Source of the DNA: Chrysomallon squamiferum
Lineage: Eukaryota; Animalia; Mollusca
Direction: 5' to 3'
Assembly: GCA_012295275.1 (NCBI GenBank)
Contig: CM022672.1
Coordinates: 4,092,001 to 4,156,000 of the forward strand
DNA: 64,000 nucleotides
The notes under the pieces are model-generated. The model searched no databases, was not told where the DNA came from, and was given only the letters and a program-made list of their open reading frames with translations. The first letter of the stretch is position 1; each line of letters opens with the position of its first letter. Made by a program: the position numbers and the translations under genes. This document shows, in pieces, positions 63,927 through 64,000 of the stretch.

Positions 63927-64000
63927 GTGAACATTAACAAATTTAGTAAAAAAAAAATAAAAAATAAAAATTCTGTTTTATTGGATGGGGTTTTCTGGCC

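Overview
AT-rich eukaryotic (metazoan, probably molluscan) genomic DNA holding the middle of one + strand multi-exon gene that runs off both ends of the window. I reconstructed 30 exons by hand (2 are probable cassettes). Their splice phases are all compatible and they encode about 3,630 aa. The first ~590 aa resemble Janus kinase and microtubule-interacting proteins (JAKMIP/NECC/Marlin-1, including the JAKMIP_CC3 region). Where vertebrate JAKMIPs end, the frame continues into ~3,000 aa of coiled coil on very large exons (2.7 kb, 1.9 kb), a disordered S/T-rich segment and more coiled coil. Notable points: a +1 frameshift near the end of the 2.7-kb exon, an AG|GT recursive-splice-like start to that exon, a GC-AG intron, several candidate internal promoters or alternative first exons, microexons, RFX X-box-like motifs, duplicated splice donors and a decayed MITE/SINE. 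No rRNA, tRNA, CRISPR or prokaryotic system is visible. Homology statements come from recalled family motifs, not from a database search.
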